Below are positions 1-9,193 of a stretch of DNA of 64,000 nt, piece by piece. Source of the stretch: a virus (lineage: Duplodnaviria > Caudoviricetes); IMG/VR virus record IMGVR_UViG_3300032301_000859, positions 1,306-65,305 of that record; one strand, given 5' to 3'. The notes beneath the pieces were generated by a model. It did not search any database and was not told the origin of the DNA. It was given only the letters and a program-made list of their open reading frames with translations. Each line of letters begins with the position of its first letter. Position 1 is the stretch's first letter. A program made the position numbers and the translations under genes.

Positions 1-612
1 AAGGCTGCCAGCATGGAGTCTGACGAATATCAACAAGCATTATTTGAGGCTGCATGGACCAAGTTGAACAGCACACTCAGCTGGATAATGGACAAGCATC
101 AGATAGACAGTCCACAATTCATGAGCATGGTGAAAGGTTGGTTGAAAGACTACAGCGCCAAATTCCTGATCAAGAGCAGACAGGCTGCCTCCTTGGAGGA
201 CATGTTGGACATAGTAGTGTCAGATCCCAGCAAGCATTTGAAAGATGACTTGGATTTTGTGAACTATGTGAACAACTTTGAGTTGAACCAGTTTGCTGAA
301 GACTTTGAAAACTACTTGGGCAAATTGTTCAAGGCGGAGAAGCGTCCATCCGATGCCATATTGGCAAACACTCAACCCTTAAAAACCATGCAAGATGGTA
401 AGGTGCAGATCACTGGGGACAAAATTAACAAGGTGTATTACTTGGTAAACGAGTTAAGACAAGCTGCACAAGCGCATGACATGGATGCAGCTATGGTGGA
501 TCGCATGGAAGACAGTGTGACCACTGCAATGGGTGATTTGATGGGAGAAGATATTTCAGACGATGAGTTTGCACAAATGTTGGAAAAAGTTCATGACATA
601 TTCACCAAGTAG
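1..612 (+). CDS. Hypothetical helical protein, probably the 3' part of a gene starting upstream of the window
   Basis: Frame is open from base 1 (AAG GCT GCC AGC ATG13) to TAG612; acidic helical sequence with no motif recognised. Confidence 0.7.
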   Translation, partial: KAASMESDEYQQALFEAAWTKLNSTLSWIMDKHQIDSPQFMSMVKGWLKDYSAKFLIKSRQAASLEDMLDIVVSDPSKHLKDDLDFVNYVNNFELNQFAEDFENYLGKLFKAEKRPSDAILANTQPLKTMQDGKVQITGDKINKVYYLVNELRQAAQAHDMDAAMVDRMEDSVTTAMGDLMGEDISDDEFAQMLEKVHDIFTK

Positions 613-1732
613 CCGATGGGGCAAGGCGCTGGAAGAGGCGTTTGTGACCAAAAAAGCAGCCCCTGGTCAAGTGGGCTTCAAACAAACACAACTCACAGAT
701 TCACACATCAAGCAGATCATAAATGATACTAGTGCAAAGACTGGTGTGCCTGCGGCCAAAATTCAAGCTGACATGCAAAAGTATATCAGCAAGATTGAAG
801 AGATGAAACAATACAGTTACCTGTTGTATGATACTGCTGCCCGCAATGCAGCAGAGAGTGCTGCATTTGACATGATTGAACACTCTGATCAAGCACATCA
901 TGAAAAATTTGATCCTGTGATATTCATGAAGCTGATAAAGATGATTCAACTGGAACATGATCAATTTTTCCCACTAAGGGCACCAGGTGAAACCAATTAC
1001 ATCTTTGACTTTAGTCCCATATTGCTTCCCAGCAACAAGAAGGAATATGCACAGTGGAATGATGTTATCAAAACAGCAGCAGCCACAGCCAAGGGTCAAT
1101 TTTTGTTTAATGTGCCCTTCATGCAAAAGCTAATGACCTTTGCAGAAGTGGAAGGGCTTAAACCCAAAGGTAAAAAGTATGTATCCAACGGTGGATCCAT
1201 CCCAGATGCATATGCTTACATTGAGTTCCTGATTGTGCATGAACTTTTGCATTACACATATGGGGACTTTGCTGCAAGCAAGAGAATGCCTGAGTTCAGT
1301 CACACTGTGCACAACTATGCATCCGATTACCGTAGCAACTACATGTTGGTTAAGAGTGGTTATGATCAGCTGCCTATAGGATTGTTCTCAGATCACATCA
1401 ACTATGATCGTCAGGGCAAATACAAAGAAATGGTGGCATTAGTGGACTCAGAGCTCAAGAAGATGCCCAAGCCACTACAGGATGTGTTCCTGGATATTGC
1501 AGACATGGATGACCATCCACCTCCGCAACCACCCACACCACCCAAACCTCCTCAACCTCCCAAGCCGCCTGAGCCACCCCAACCATTGAAAGAGGGTGAT
1601 GTGGTAAAAGAGAAGAAGACTGGTAAGTTTTATAAGGTTACAAAAATCAACAAAGACGGTAAGGTGGAAACTGTGGAAGCCACACAAGCAGAAGTGGAAG
1701 CAGCCAGAACACCACAAGCAGGAGGCTACTGA
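563..1732 (+). CDS. Putative zinc metallopeptidase (DUF2201 N-terminal-like) with Pro-rich linker; real start may be ATG593
   Basis: HELLH (HExxH), preceded by TAAATAKG..FNVPF and followed by HNYASDY..NYML, typical of VWA-associated peptidase domains. Confidence 0.72.
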   Translation: MSLHKCWKKFMTYSPSSRWGKALEEAFVTKKAAPGQVGFKQTQLTDSHIKQIINDTSAKTGVPAAKIQADMQKYISKIEEMKQYSYLLYDTAARNAAESAAFDMIEHSDQAHHEKFDPVIFMKLIKMIQLEHDQFFPLRAPGETNYIFDFSPILLPSNKKEYAQWNDVIKTAAATAKGQFLFNVPFMQKLMTFAEVEGLKPKGKKYVSNGGSIPDAYAYIEFLIVHELLHYTYGDFAASKRMPEFSHTVHNYASDYRSNYMLVKSGYDQLPIGLFSDHINYDRQGKYKEMVALVDSELKKMPKPLQDVFLDIADMDDHPPPQPPTPPKPPQPPKPPEPPQPLKEGDVVKEKKTGKFYKVTKINKDGKVETVEATQAEVEAARTPQAGGY

Positions 1733-2763
1733 TGCCCACATTTGATCCATCCGAAATTGAACTTGTGGCTCCACCACCTCCTCCTGGCGAAGGTCCAGGT
1801 GAAGGACCTGGTGGTGGTCCACCTAAACCACCAGGTGATGGTCCGAAACCTCCCGGTGGCGGAGACCCTAAAGATGAGCAACCTGAGCCAGAAATAGACA
1901 TGGACAAAATCCACAAAGAGGTAGAGGACAAGTTAGCTCGTCGTGAGGAAATTGGCACAGAGGAAGAGCTCAAGCAGAAAGACCAGAGTGTGCACGGGCC
2001 AGGTAAAAAATCCACAGGTAAACCTGGCGAAGGCGGGGCCATTGACCTAAAAAGTCGTGAATCTGAGATTTTACAGGTTAAACCCAAGTTTAACTGGAAA
2101 ACTCTAATCAAGAATCTTGTCACAGCCAGTGTGCCACAAACAGACATCACTTATGCAAAGCCCAGCCGTAGAGCAGTCACAGGCATAGCAATAGCTGCAC
2201 AAACTGGTGCAGGTGCGCTCAAGCCTGGTGAAAAGACATTAGAAGAGCACAAAGCTAAACTGGTGTTTGTGTTTGATACGTCAGGCAGCATGTGGGACGA
2301 AGTGCCACGTGTGATGGCAGAGGTTAAAAACCTACTCAAGCAACTGGGCAAGCAGAATGTGGACATGGGTGTTGTGTTTTTTGCTGGGGAGAACAAAAGC
2401 TTTGTGGTAAACATGGGCACAGACACATATGCCCAGGTGGATAAAATCACAAACATAGGTCAACAGGTACCCAAAGATGGTATCAAAAAGGGGTATAGGC
2501 ATGTGTTCAATCTGGGAGCCACAGGTGGTACACAATTCACAGTTAGTATTAGTAACCAGCTGAGTGAACTGGCTGCACAGGGCTACAACATCATGTTGTT
2601 CTCGGATATGGATATTGTGGACAGCAGTAACTTTGTGAATGTGAAACACTTGTGGCAAAACCACAAAGACAAGATGTTCTTGGTTGCAGTAAATGAGGCC
2701 ACTTTCAAGACTGCTTGTAATCTGTTGGGTGTGGTGCCCAGAACATTCACATATTTGACGTGA
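1732..2763 (+). CDS. VWA (von Willebrand A) domain protein with Pro/Gly-rich N-terminus
   Basis: MIDAS motif VFVFDTSGSM, later GGT and FSDMD; TGATG overlap with upstream gene. Confidence 0.85.
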   Translation: MPTFDPSEIELVAPPPPPGEGPGEGPGGGPPKPPGDGPKPPGGGDPKDEQPEPEIDMDKIHKEVEDKLARREEIGTEEELKQKDQSVHGPGKKSTGKPGEGGAIDLKSRESEILQVKPKFNWKTLIKNLVTASVPQTDITYAKPSRRAVTGIAIAAQTGAGALKPGEKTLEEHKAKLVFVFDTSGSMWDEVPRVMAEVKNLLKQLGKQNVDMGVVFFAGENKSFVVNMGTDTYAQVDKITNIGQQVPKDGIKKGYRHVFNLGATGGTQFTVSISNQLSELAAQGYNIMLFSDMDIVDSSNFVNVKHLWQNHKDKMFLVAVNEATFKTACNLLGVVPRTFTYLT

Positions 2764-2769
2764 TCACAC

Positions 2770-3420
2770 ATGCAGATGTCTAAAAAAACACAGGCAGATT
2801 TGATCAAATTAGTCAAACAACACTTTAAGTTAACCAAACTTACAGAAGTGAGTGTGGATGCAACCACTCAGGCTATTAATATTACAGCAGAGGCTGTGGA
2901 ACTAACAGCCAGAGGGCACATACCTATGAAATTGGGTCGTGTGGAGGGTGATTTTTATTGTATCTCATGTGAATTAACCTCTTTAGAAAATGCCCCTCAC
3001 ACTGTGACAGGAAGTTTTTGGTGCGTTAACAATAACTTGACCACATTAAAAGGTGGTCCGCAACATGTGGAAGGTGCTTGGTATGGGTGTGGTATTAATC
3101 CTTTAACAAACTTCGAGGGTGCTCCTGCGGATTTCACAGGATCATTCAGTTATCTTAATCAAGGGTCTAAAAAACAATACCATCTGGAAAATGTGGATGG
3201 GTTACCAGTGCATTGCAGGGCTGTGGAACTGAGTTATCAGAAAGATCTACCCATGTTAAAACTTATAAATCACGAGCCTCATGTTTTTACTGAAACATAT
3301 GATGGTGTTCATCCCATAGAGGGCATTTTGATGAAATATCGCAACCAGGGCAAAGCAGGAGCCTTAAAAGCAGCCATGGAGATGATCAGGGCTGGATACA
3401 AAGATAATGCCAGATGGTGA
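2770..3420 (+). CDS. LRR-like repeat protein, paralog 1 of 5
   Basis: LTSLENAP/LTTLKGGP/LTNFEGAP repeats; C-terminus GKAGALKAAMEMIRAGYKDNARW. Confidence 0.8.
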   Translation: MQMSKKTQADLIKLVKQHFKLTKLTEVSVDATTQAINITAEAVELTARGHIPMKLGRVEGDFYCISCELTSLENAPHTVTGSFWCVNNNLTTLKGGPQHVEGAWYGCGINPLTNFEGAPADFTGSFSYLNQGSKKQYHLENVDGLPVHCRAVELSYQKDLPMLKLINHEPHVFTETYDGVHPIEGILMKYRNQGKAGALKAAMEMIRAGYKDNARW

Positions 3421-3426
3421 TGATAA

Positions 3427-4086
3427 ATGGCCTTAACTGAAACACAAAAAACGCAACTGATTGATCTGTTCCATCGCAATTTCAGCACCAAGGATCTACA
3501 GGATGTGTGGATAGATGATGTGACACATGAACTGAGTGTGAAGGCGCATATGATCACTCTCATGACCATGGGTGAAATACCTGTCAAGTTTGGTCTTGTG
3601 CAAGGTCATTTTATGTGCGCATTCAAAAATCTCAAAAGTTTGAAAAATGCACCACACACAGTCACAGGTAACTTTGGTTGTTATGGTAATTTGTTGACCA
3701 GTTTAGAGGGTGGGCCACAAGATGTGGGCCGCACAGAAATGGGCGGAGGCACATACGCATGCAGCAACAACAATTTGATAAACTTTATGGGTGCACCACA
3801 ACAGTTCACAGGATACTTTGTGGCTGTTAATGAAATGAATGAAGACCTGATGAGTGTGGATGGTTTACCACCAGAGGCAAGACAGGTGGATATAACCTAT
3901 CATGCACACTTACCCCTGTTAAAATTGTTAAACCAAAAACGAGTCACGGTGAGATATGCAGGGTCAGGCCAGGAACATCCTGTGACTGCCATCCTGGAAA
4001 AATATGCAGGCACAGGTAAGCCAGGTGCCATTAAGTGTGCTGTGGAAATGATCCGAGCTGGTTATAAGGATAATGCAAGATGGTGA
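3427..4086 (+). CDS. LRR-like repeat protein, paralog 2 of 5
   Basis: LKSLKNAP/LTSLEGGP repeats; C-terminus GKPGAIKCAVEMIRAGYKDNARW. Confidence 0.8.
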   Translation: MALTETQKTQLIDLFHRNFSTKDLQDVWIDDVTHELSVKAHMITLMTMGEIPVKFGLVQGHFMCAFKNLKSLKNAPHTVTGNFGCYGNLLTSLEGGPQDVGRTEMGGGTYACSNNNLINFMGAPQQFTGYFVAVNEMNEDLMSVDGLPPEARQVDITYHAHLPLLKLLNQKRVTVRYAGSGQEHPVTAILEKYAGTGKPGAIKCAVEMIRAGYKDNARW

Positions 4087-4092
4087 TCAATC

Positions 4093-4764
4093 ATGGCCAT
4101 AACTGAAGCAGAGAAGAAAGAACTAACAGAGTGGTTTTATGCTAGTTATCACACTGTGCAACTGATGCGAGTTTGGGTGGACGAAGAAACACATGCAGTG
4201 AATGTGAAAGCTTTTTCCATCAAGCCCAAATTTAAAAAAAACATACCCTTTAAAATGGGTTTGGTCACAGGCAATTATGAGGCCCATGCATGTGAACTGG
4301 AATCCTTGCATAACGCACCTCACACTGTGATGGGCAGCTTTTTATGCCAAAACAACTACCTGACCAGTTTGGAGGGTGGGCCAAAAAGTGTGGGGTCCGC
4401 TCTGCCCTACGGTGGCACATACAGCTGTTCCCATAACTTACTGAGTAATTTTGAACATGCACCCACAGATTTCTCAGGACATTTCATAGGTACAGAACAA
4501 ATGGGCAAAGGTCTCACAAGTGTGGATGGCATACCCCTTGACTCTAGCTATGTGACCATGAGTGCACCACCCAATCTGCCTCTGCTAAAATTGACACAGC
4601 ACAAGCATACGCTGCATGTGAGTTTGAGATACCCTCATGTGGGTGGCGAAAATAAAAAGCTGACTGAAATCTTTGACACTCATGCAGGTCAAGGCAAAGC
4701 AGGCGCACTGAAAGCCGCTGTGGCCATGATCAAGGCCGGATTCACAGGTAATGCCAGATGGTGA
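4093..4764 (+). CDS. LRR-like repeat protein, paralog 3 of 5
   Basis: LESLHNAP/LTSLEGGP repeats; C-terminus GKAGALKAAVAMIKAGFTGNARW. Confidence 0.8.
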   Translation: MAITEAEKKELTEWFYASYHTVQLMRVWVDEETHAVNVKAFSIKPKFKKNIPFKMGLVTGNYEAHACELESLHNAPHTVMGSFLCQNNYLTSLEGGPKSVGSALPYGGTYSCSHNLLSNFEHAPTDFSGHFIGTEQMGKGLTSVDGIPLDSSYVTMSAPPNLPLLKLTQHKHTLHVSLRYPHVGGENKKLTEIFDTHAGQGKAGALKAAVAMIKAGFTGNARW

Positions 4765-5465
4765 ACACATCACACATAAAACAATTGTTCAAAATATACT
4801 TTTCAGATATTTGGACTACTGAACACCTTAATGATTATGAATATTTGATCCAGCCTGATGGCACCATTCAAGTGCCCAATAGTAATTTGTACATGCGTAA
4901 ACCTACCTCAAATGGCATGCTGCCCGTTAAGTTTGGTATAGTGGGTGGCAGTTTTATACTGGACAAGAGCCGATTGACCACACTCCAAGGCGCACCCACA
5001 GAGGTATTGGGAGATTTCAACTGTAGCAAAAACTTGTTGCCCAGTCTGGTTCATGCACCCGCAAAAGTGCATGGTCACATGGATTGCAGTTATAATAACA
5101 TTACAAGTTTGGAACATTGTCCCACTGTGGGTATATTGGATTGCAGCCACAATCTGCTCACCGATCTCACTCATGCTCCTCCATGTGACCAGCTTTATGC
5201 ACACAACAATCCCATGGAATCATTTAAACATACACCTGATCACATAGGCACTGTGGTGATAAGTTATGGTGCCACACTACCACTATTGGGATTATTAAGC
5301 GTGCCAAAGATTGAACTAGAGACCACTAATGATTTCCCCAACAGATTGGCACTTTTACCCATTGAACGCATATTGAACAAATACACTAGACAAGGCAGGG
5401 CAGGTACACTCAAGTGTGCTGCTGAATTGGTGAGAGCAGGATACAAGGATAACGCCAGATGGTAG
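4758..5465 (+). CDS. LRR-like repeat protein, paralog 4 of 5
   Basis: LTTLQGAP/DCSxNxLxxL repeats; C-terminus GRAGTLKCAAELVRAGYKDNARW. Confidence 0.8.
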   Translation: MVNTSHIKQLFKIYFSDIWTTEHLNDYEYLIQPDGTIQVPNSNLYMRKPTSNGMLPVKFGIVGGSFILDKSRLTTLQGAPTEVLGDFNCSKNLLPSLVHAPAKVHGHMDCSYNNITSLEHCPTVGILDCSHNLLTDLTHAPPCDQLYAHNNPMESFKHTPDHIGTVVISYGATLPLLGLLSVPKIELETTNDFPNRLALLPIERILNKYTRQGRAGTLKCAAELVRAGYKDNARW

Positions 5466-6082
5466 ACACAGATCAGATTGAAAGACTCATGTACAATTAC
5501 TTTGAAGATGCATATTTGCAACGCATCACACCAGATGATTATGCGATAGATTCGGATGGTGCAGTGCATGTGAAAATAGACGTCTGCATGGTCAAAAGTA
5601 CACCCAACAGGATGTTACCTGTTCAGTTTGCAGTGGTGGATGGTAATTGCATGTTGTCAGACAGACAGCTCAAGAGCTTGAAGGGTGCTCCACACACAGT
5701 TAACGGAGATTTTGATTGCAGTTACAATTTACTCACAAGTCTGAAGCATGCACCCACAAATGCTATTGAATTATTGTGCAACAACAATCTGTTAACCAAT
5801 CTGACTGATGCACCTGCATGCCAGTTGCTGTGGGCCACTAGAAATCCTTTTCAAAGCTTCAAACACACCCCTGATCATATTTCAGAGGTGGTTATATCAT
5901 ATGCACCAGACCTACCCTTGTTGGGACTGTTGAGTGTGGGTAAAATTATGTTTGAACAGGATTCTGATCTAATTCAGCTGACAGAAATCCTTAACAGACA
6001 CACACAGCAGGGCAAAGCAGGTCAGCTCAAGTGTGCAGCAGAACTGATCAGAGCAGGATTCAAATCTAACGCATACGTTTAA
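5459..6082 (+). CDS. LRR-like repeat protein, paralog 5 of 5
   Basis: LKSLKGAP/DCSYNLLTSL repeats; C-terminus GKAGQLKCAAELIRAGFKSNAYV. Confidence 0.8.
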   Translation: MVDTDQIERLMYNYFEDAYLQRITPDDYAIDSDGAVHVKIDVCMVKSTPNRMLPVQFAVVDGNCMLSDRQLKSLKGAPHTVNGDFDCSYNLLTSLKHAPTNAIELLCNNNLLTNLTDAPACQLLWATRNPFQSFKHTPDHISEVVISYAPDLPLLGLLSVGKIMFEQDSDLIQLTEILNRHTQQGKAGQLKCAAELIRAGFKSNAYV

Positions 6083-6145
6083 ATCTTGACACATGTGTGG
6101 ATCACTAATATATTACTATTAATAGTATAGGCTGGAATCATACTA

Positions 6146-6973
6146 ATGCGATTTACTCTGATCTCTGATGTGCATGTGGACAGCAATAAGTGGGATTGGA
6201 ATCTGTTACAGGATTGTGATCCCACAATACCCATGGTGGTGGCAGGGGACATCAGCAATGATGTGATGGAAACCAGTTTGTGGATCAAACAGCTGAGACA
6301 CATGTTCCCCAAGGTGATCTGGGTGGCAGGAAATCATTGCATGTATAACCTGGGCTTTCACCAGACCAGGGTGTATAATGCAGCCTGGGAAGCTGAGTGG
6401 CCTTACCCCCGTAATGTGGCAGAGATTTATGATCACTATACACGCTGGTGTGAGGCACATGATGTGCACTTCCTACACCGCTCTAGTGTGGTTGTACACG
6501 GTGTGCAGTTTGTGGGGGTAACAGGTTGGCACAACTTTGATGCAGCCTCCCATCTGAGATTTGAAGATCAGACACAGGCTTGGCAGGATCACATGATGGA
6601 CAGCAGATACATCAACTGGGGTGTGAACACAATTAACGACTGGAAACCTGTGCTACAAGCTGCACTGGCAGATGCTGATTATTTGCGGGCAGCAGTAACT
6701 CAGAATGATATGCCCAAGGTCATCTTGAGCCATCACATTCCACACCGAAACTTGGTTAAGGTCGCCAATCACATGTGGAATCTGCTCAACGGTTCCTTCC
6801 TGAACACAGAACTGGAAACTGTGCGGCATTCAAGTGTGAAGGCATGGTGTTATGGCCACACTCACTTCAGAGACGATCGTGTGATTGATGATATTCGTCA
6901 TGTGAATAATGCCCGAGGTTATCCCAGAGAGAATTTATCTTGGCAGCCTGTGGAAATCGAGGTCATTATCTAG
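6146..6973 (+). CDS. Calcineurin-like metallophosphoesterase
   Basis: SDVH, AGDI, GNH, SHH and YGHTH motifs in canonical order. Confidence 0.9.
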   Translation: MRFTLISDVHVDSNKWDWNLLQDCDPTIPMVVAGDISNDVMETSLWIKQLRHMFPKVIWVAGNHCMYNLGFHQTRVYNAAWEAEWPYPRNVAEIYDHYTRWCEAHDVHFLHRSSVVVHGVQFVGVTGWHNFDAASHLRFEDQTQAWQDHMMDSRYINWGVNTINDWKPVLQAALADADYLRAAVTQNDMPKVILSHHIPHRNLVKVANHMWNLLNGSFLNTELETVRHSSVKAWCYGHTHFRDDRVIDDIRHVNNARGYPRENLSWQPVEIEVII

Positions 6974-6985
6974 CATAAATATCGC

Positions 6986-7420
6986 ATGCGCGATTTAATC
7001 AATCTGATAGAACAATCACAACAAAAAGAGCAGCCACTTGTGCGTGCTGCCTTCCTGTATCTGCCACCCACAGGCGATAAGACTGACTTTGCACAATGTG
7101 GCAGTTGCACCTTTTTTATGCCTGGCAAACAACGATGTTCATTGTTTGGGGCTCATGACAAGGTGGTCTCCAATGCCAGTTGTGGTCTGTATATCCAAGG
7201 TAAGCCACATGATGATCAAAAGATACTAAACAACGTGACCCCTGAAAATGCAGGGTATAACTTGGGTCAGGTCAGATGTGAAAACTGCAATTGGTTGGAT
7301 GGTCACACCTGTACATTATTCAAAATGTTGAGTGAGAAGATGCCAGACGTGTTTGATCTGGATCCAGATGTGGATCCACATGGTTGCTGCAATGCTTGGC
7401 AAGGCGAGCCCCAGACTTGA
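6986..7420 (+). CDS. Cys-rich protein with two HiPIP-like (putative 4Fe-4S) motifs
   Basis: CGSC..F...C.LF...V....C..Y and CENC....C.LF...V...GCC.AW. Confidence 0.55.
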   Translation: MRDLINLIEQSQQKEQPLVRAAFLYLPPTGDKTDFAQCGSCTFFMPGKQRCSLFGAHDKVVSNASCGLYIQGKPHDDQKILNNVTPENAGYNLGQVRCENCNWLDGHTCTLFKMLSEKMPDVFDLDPDVDPHGCCNAWQGEPQT

Positions 7421-7452
7421 TCAGGGTGGTCACACCCACACCTGACCACCCA

Positions 7453-8218
7453 TCACATGATGCGTCGCAACTTCCTGTTACGGATGGGACTGTGCATTCT
7501 GAATGCACCCATCACAGGCTTTGAATACACAGTCTGCCATCCTGCACCATCTGGCATATCATACACACTCATGTATCCACCAGGTAAGATTTCAAAGGGC
7601 TTAGTGATCTTGCCCATGTGATCATATTTGGCCATGGCTTGACGTTTGTTGAACCACCAAGGATACACAAAGTCACTCACCAGCACATCACCAACCATGT
7701 AGCTGTATGCCTCATGCTCACATGCATCACACACACACTTCATATGACCACAATCTGCCACCACCATACCAATTCTCTTCAAACACACACAAGCTCACAT
7801 ATGGATCTGCCATCATTTCCAGCAGCTCATGACTGAATGTGTTGCTCCAGGTGTATCCATATTTTTCACTATCACCCACAAACACCTTACCCACAGGTCT
7901 GCCTTGCATGTCTTGGCTGTGATATCCTAATGCCCCAGGGTAGTCAGTGGTGTCTTCCAAAGTAATAACCCAAGCTGAGTCTGGTAAAGGAGCCAGGAGG
8001 TCATGCAATTTAAGTTCAGCTGTGGTGCCCCAGATGGGTTTCCAGTCTCTCTCCAATTGCACATGCAAGGCATCCATCACATGCTGTACTTGATCATTAC
8101 TGACCAGGGTGCTGCGATTTTGCACTATGATCATGTGATTTTTGGGTGTCATGATTCCACTTGGTGAGATCATTACGCCAGTTGGGTCCATGTTGATGAG
8201 TTCGGATAATGTTGTCAT
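7453..8218 (-). pseudogene. Single metalloprotease-like gene split by a frameshift in a (TG)n tract
   Basis: Upstream ORF (HELLEMMADP) ends ..SYEVCV*; downstream ORF carries CDACEHEAY..VLVSDFVYP; removing two TG units gives continuous SYEVCDACE. Confidence 0.72.
7728..7738. repeat. (CA)5C dinucleotide tract at the frameshift junction
   Basis: cacacacacac read directly. Confidence 0.9.
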
Positions 8219-8383
8219 GAAAATATTTAAAATTTAATCAGGGTTGTCAAATCACACAGGAGTATGATGATATAATAATAAATTGAAATTTATCATTCTG
8301 CACATTGACTTAGATAATTACTGCTATATCCCAGATATGAAGGTATAAATAACGTCATAAGTATCCCCTAGAAGGCGGCACAT

Positions 8384-9193
8384 ATGACAGTAGATCTTAA
8401 GAAATTTAAAAAGACATACAATTACCTATACAGAGTAACCAATAAGCTTAACCATAAAATCTATATTGGCTGCCATCAAACAGACAATTTAGAGGATGGG
8501 TATCTTGGATCTGGTAAAGCCATTAAAAAAGCTATCCACAAATATGGCCCCGAAAACTTTGAAAAAACTATTCTGGAATACTTTGATAATGCAGAAGATA
8601 TGTTTATGGCTGAAGCCAAAGTAGTCACTAGAGAGTTTATCAAAGGCGCAGACAACTATAACATAGCAGAAGGAGGCAAAGGTGGCTACAAAGGTGAAGA
8701 GTGCTACAGTAATCCTATAAGGAATACTAAACTGTCCATAGCCAACCAAGGAATAGCCACAGCCGTAGATCAGTCAGGCACAGTTTTACGAGTATCAAAG
8801 ACGTATCCCAGATGGCTCACAAAAGAGTTAGTGGGCCATACTATCGGACGCTCTACAGTTAAGGATGTTAATGGTAAAATTTATAAGGTGTCGGTGGATG
8901 ATCCACGTGTCTCTACCGGAGAACTTGTAGGAATCACCAAGGGATTAGCCATGGTCAAGGACAGTCAAGGTAACAGATATCAAGTGTCCAAGGATGATCC
9001 TAGGATTAAATCCGGAGAACTAGTGGGTATAACCAAAGGTTCACAACAGTCTGCTGATAGCAATCACAAACGTGCACAGAGTATGTTGGGTAGGAAGATG
9101 CCACAACCCATGGTCACATGTCAATTCTGTGGAAAAACTACTAGTAGGACAAATATAATCCGATGGCATAAAAAATGCGGACCTCAAGATTGA
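8384..9193 (+). CDS. Free-standing GIY-YIG (Seg-like) homing endonuclease
   Basis: YLYRVTNKLNHKIYIG..H..DGYLGSG; three ~30-aa repeats (VKD..G..Y.VS.DDPR..GELVG.TKG); C-terminal CxxC..H..C. Confidence 0.85.
   Translation: MTVDLKKFKKTYNYLYRVTNKLNHKIYIGCHQTDNLEDGYLGSGKAIKKAIHKYGPENFEKTILEYFDNAEDMFMAEAKVVTREFIKGADNYNIAEGGKGGYKGEECYSNPIRNTKLSIANQGIATAVDQSGTVLRVSKTYPRWLTKELVGHTIGRSTVKDVNGKIYKVSVDDPRVSTGELVGITKGLAMVKDSQGNRYQVSKDDPRIKSGELVGITKGSQQSADSNHKRAQSMLGRKMPQPMVTCQFCGKTTSRTNIIRWHKKCGPQD

Noticed and set aside
2770-6082. Diversity-generating retroelement targets
   Set aside because: No reverse transcriptase in the window and no near-identical template/variable pair differing at adenines; the paralogs diverge throughout
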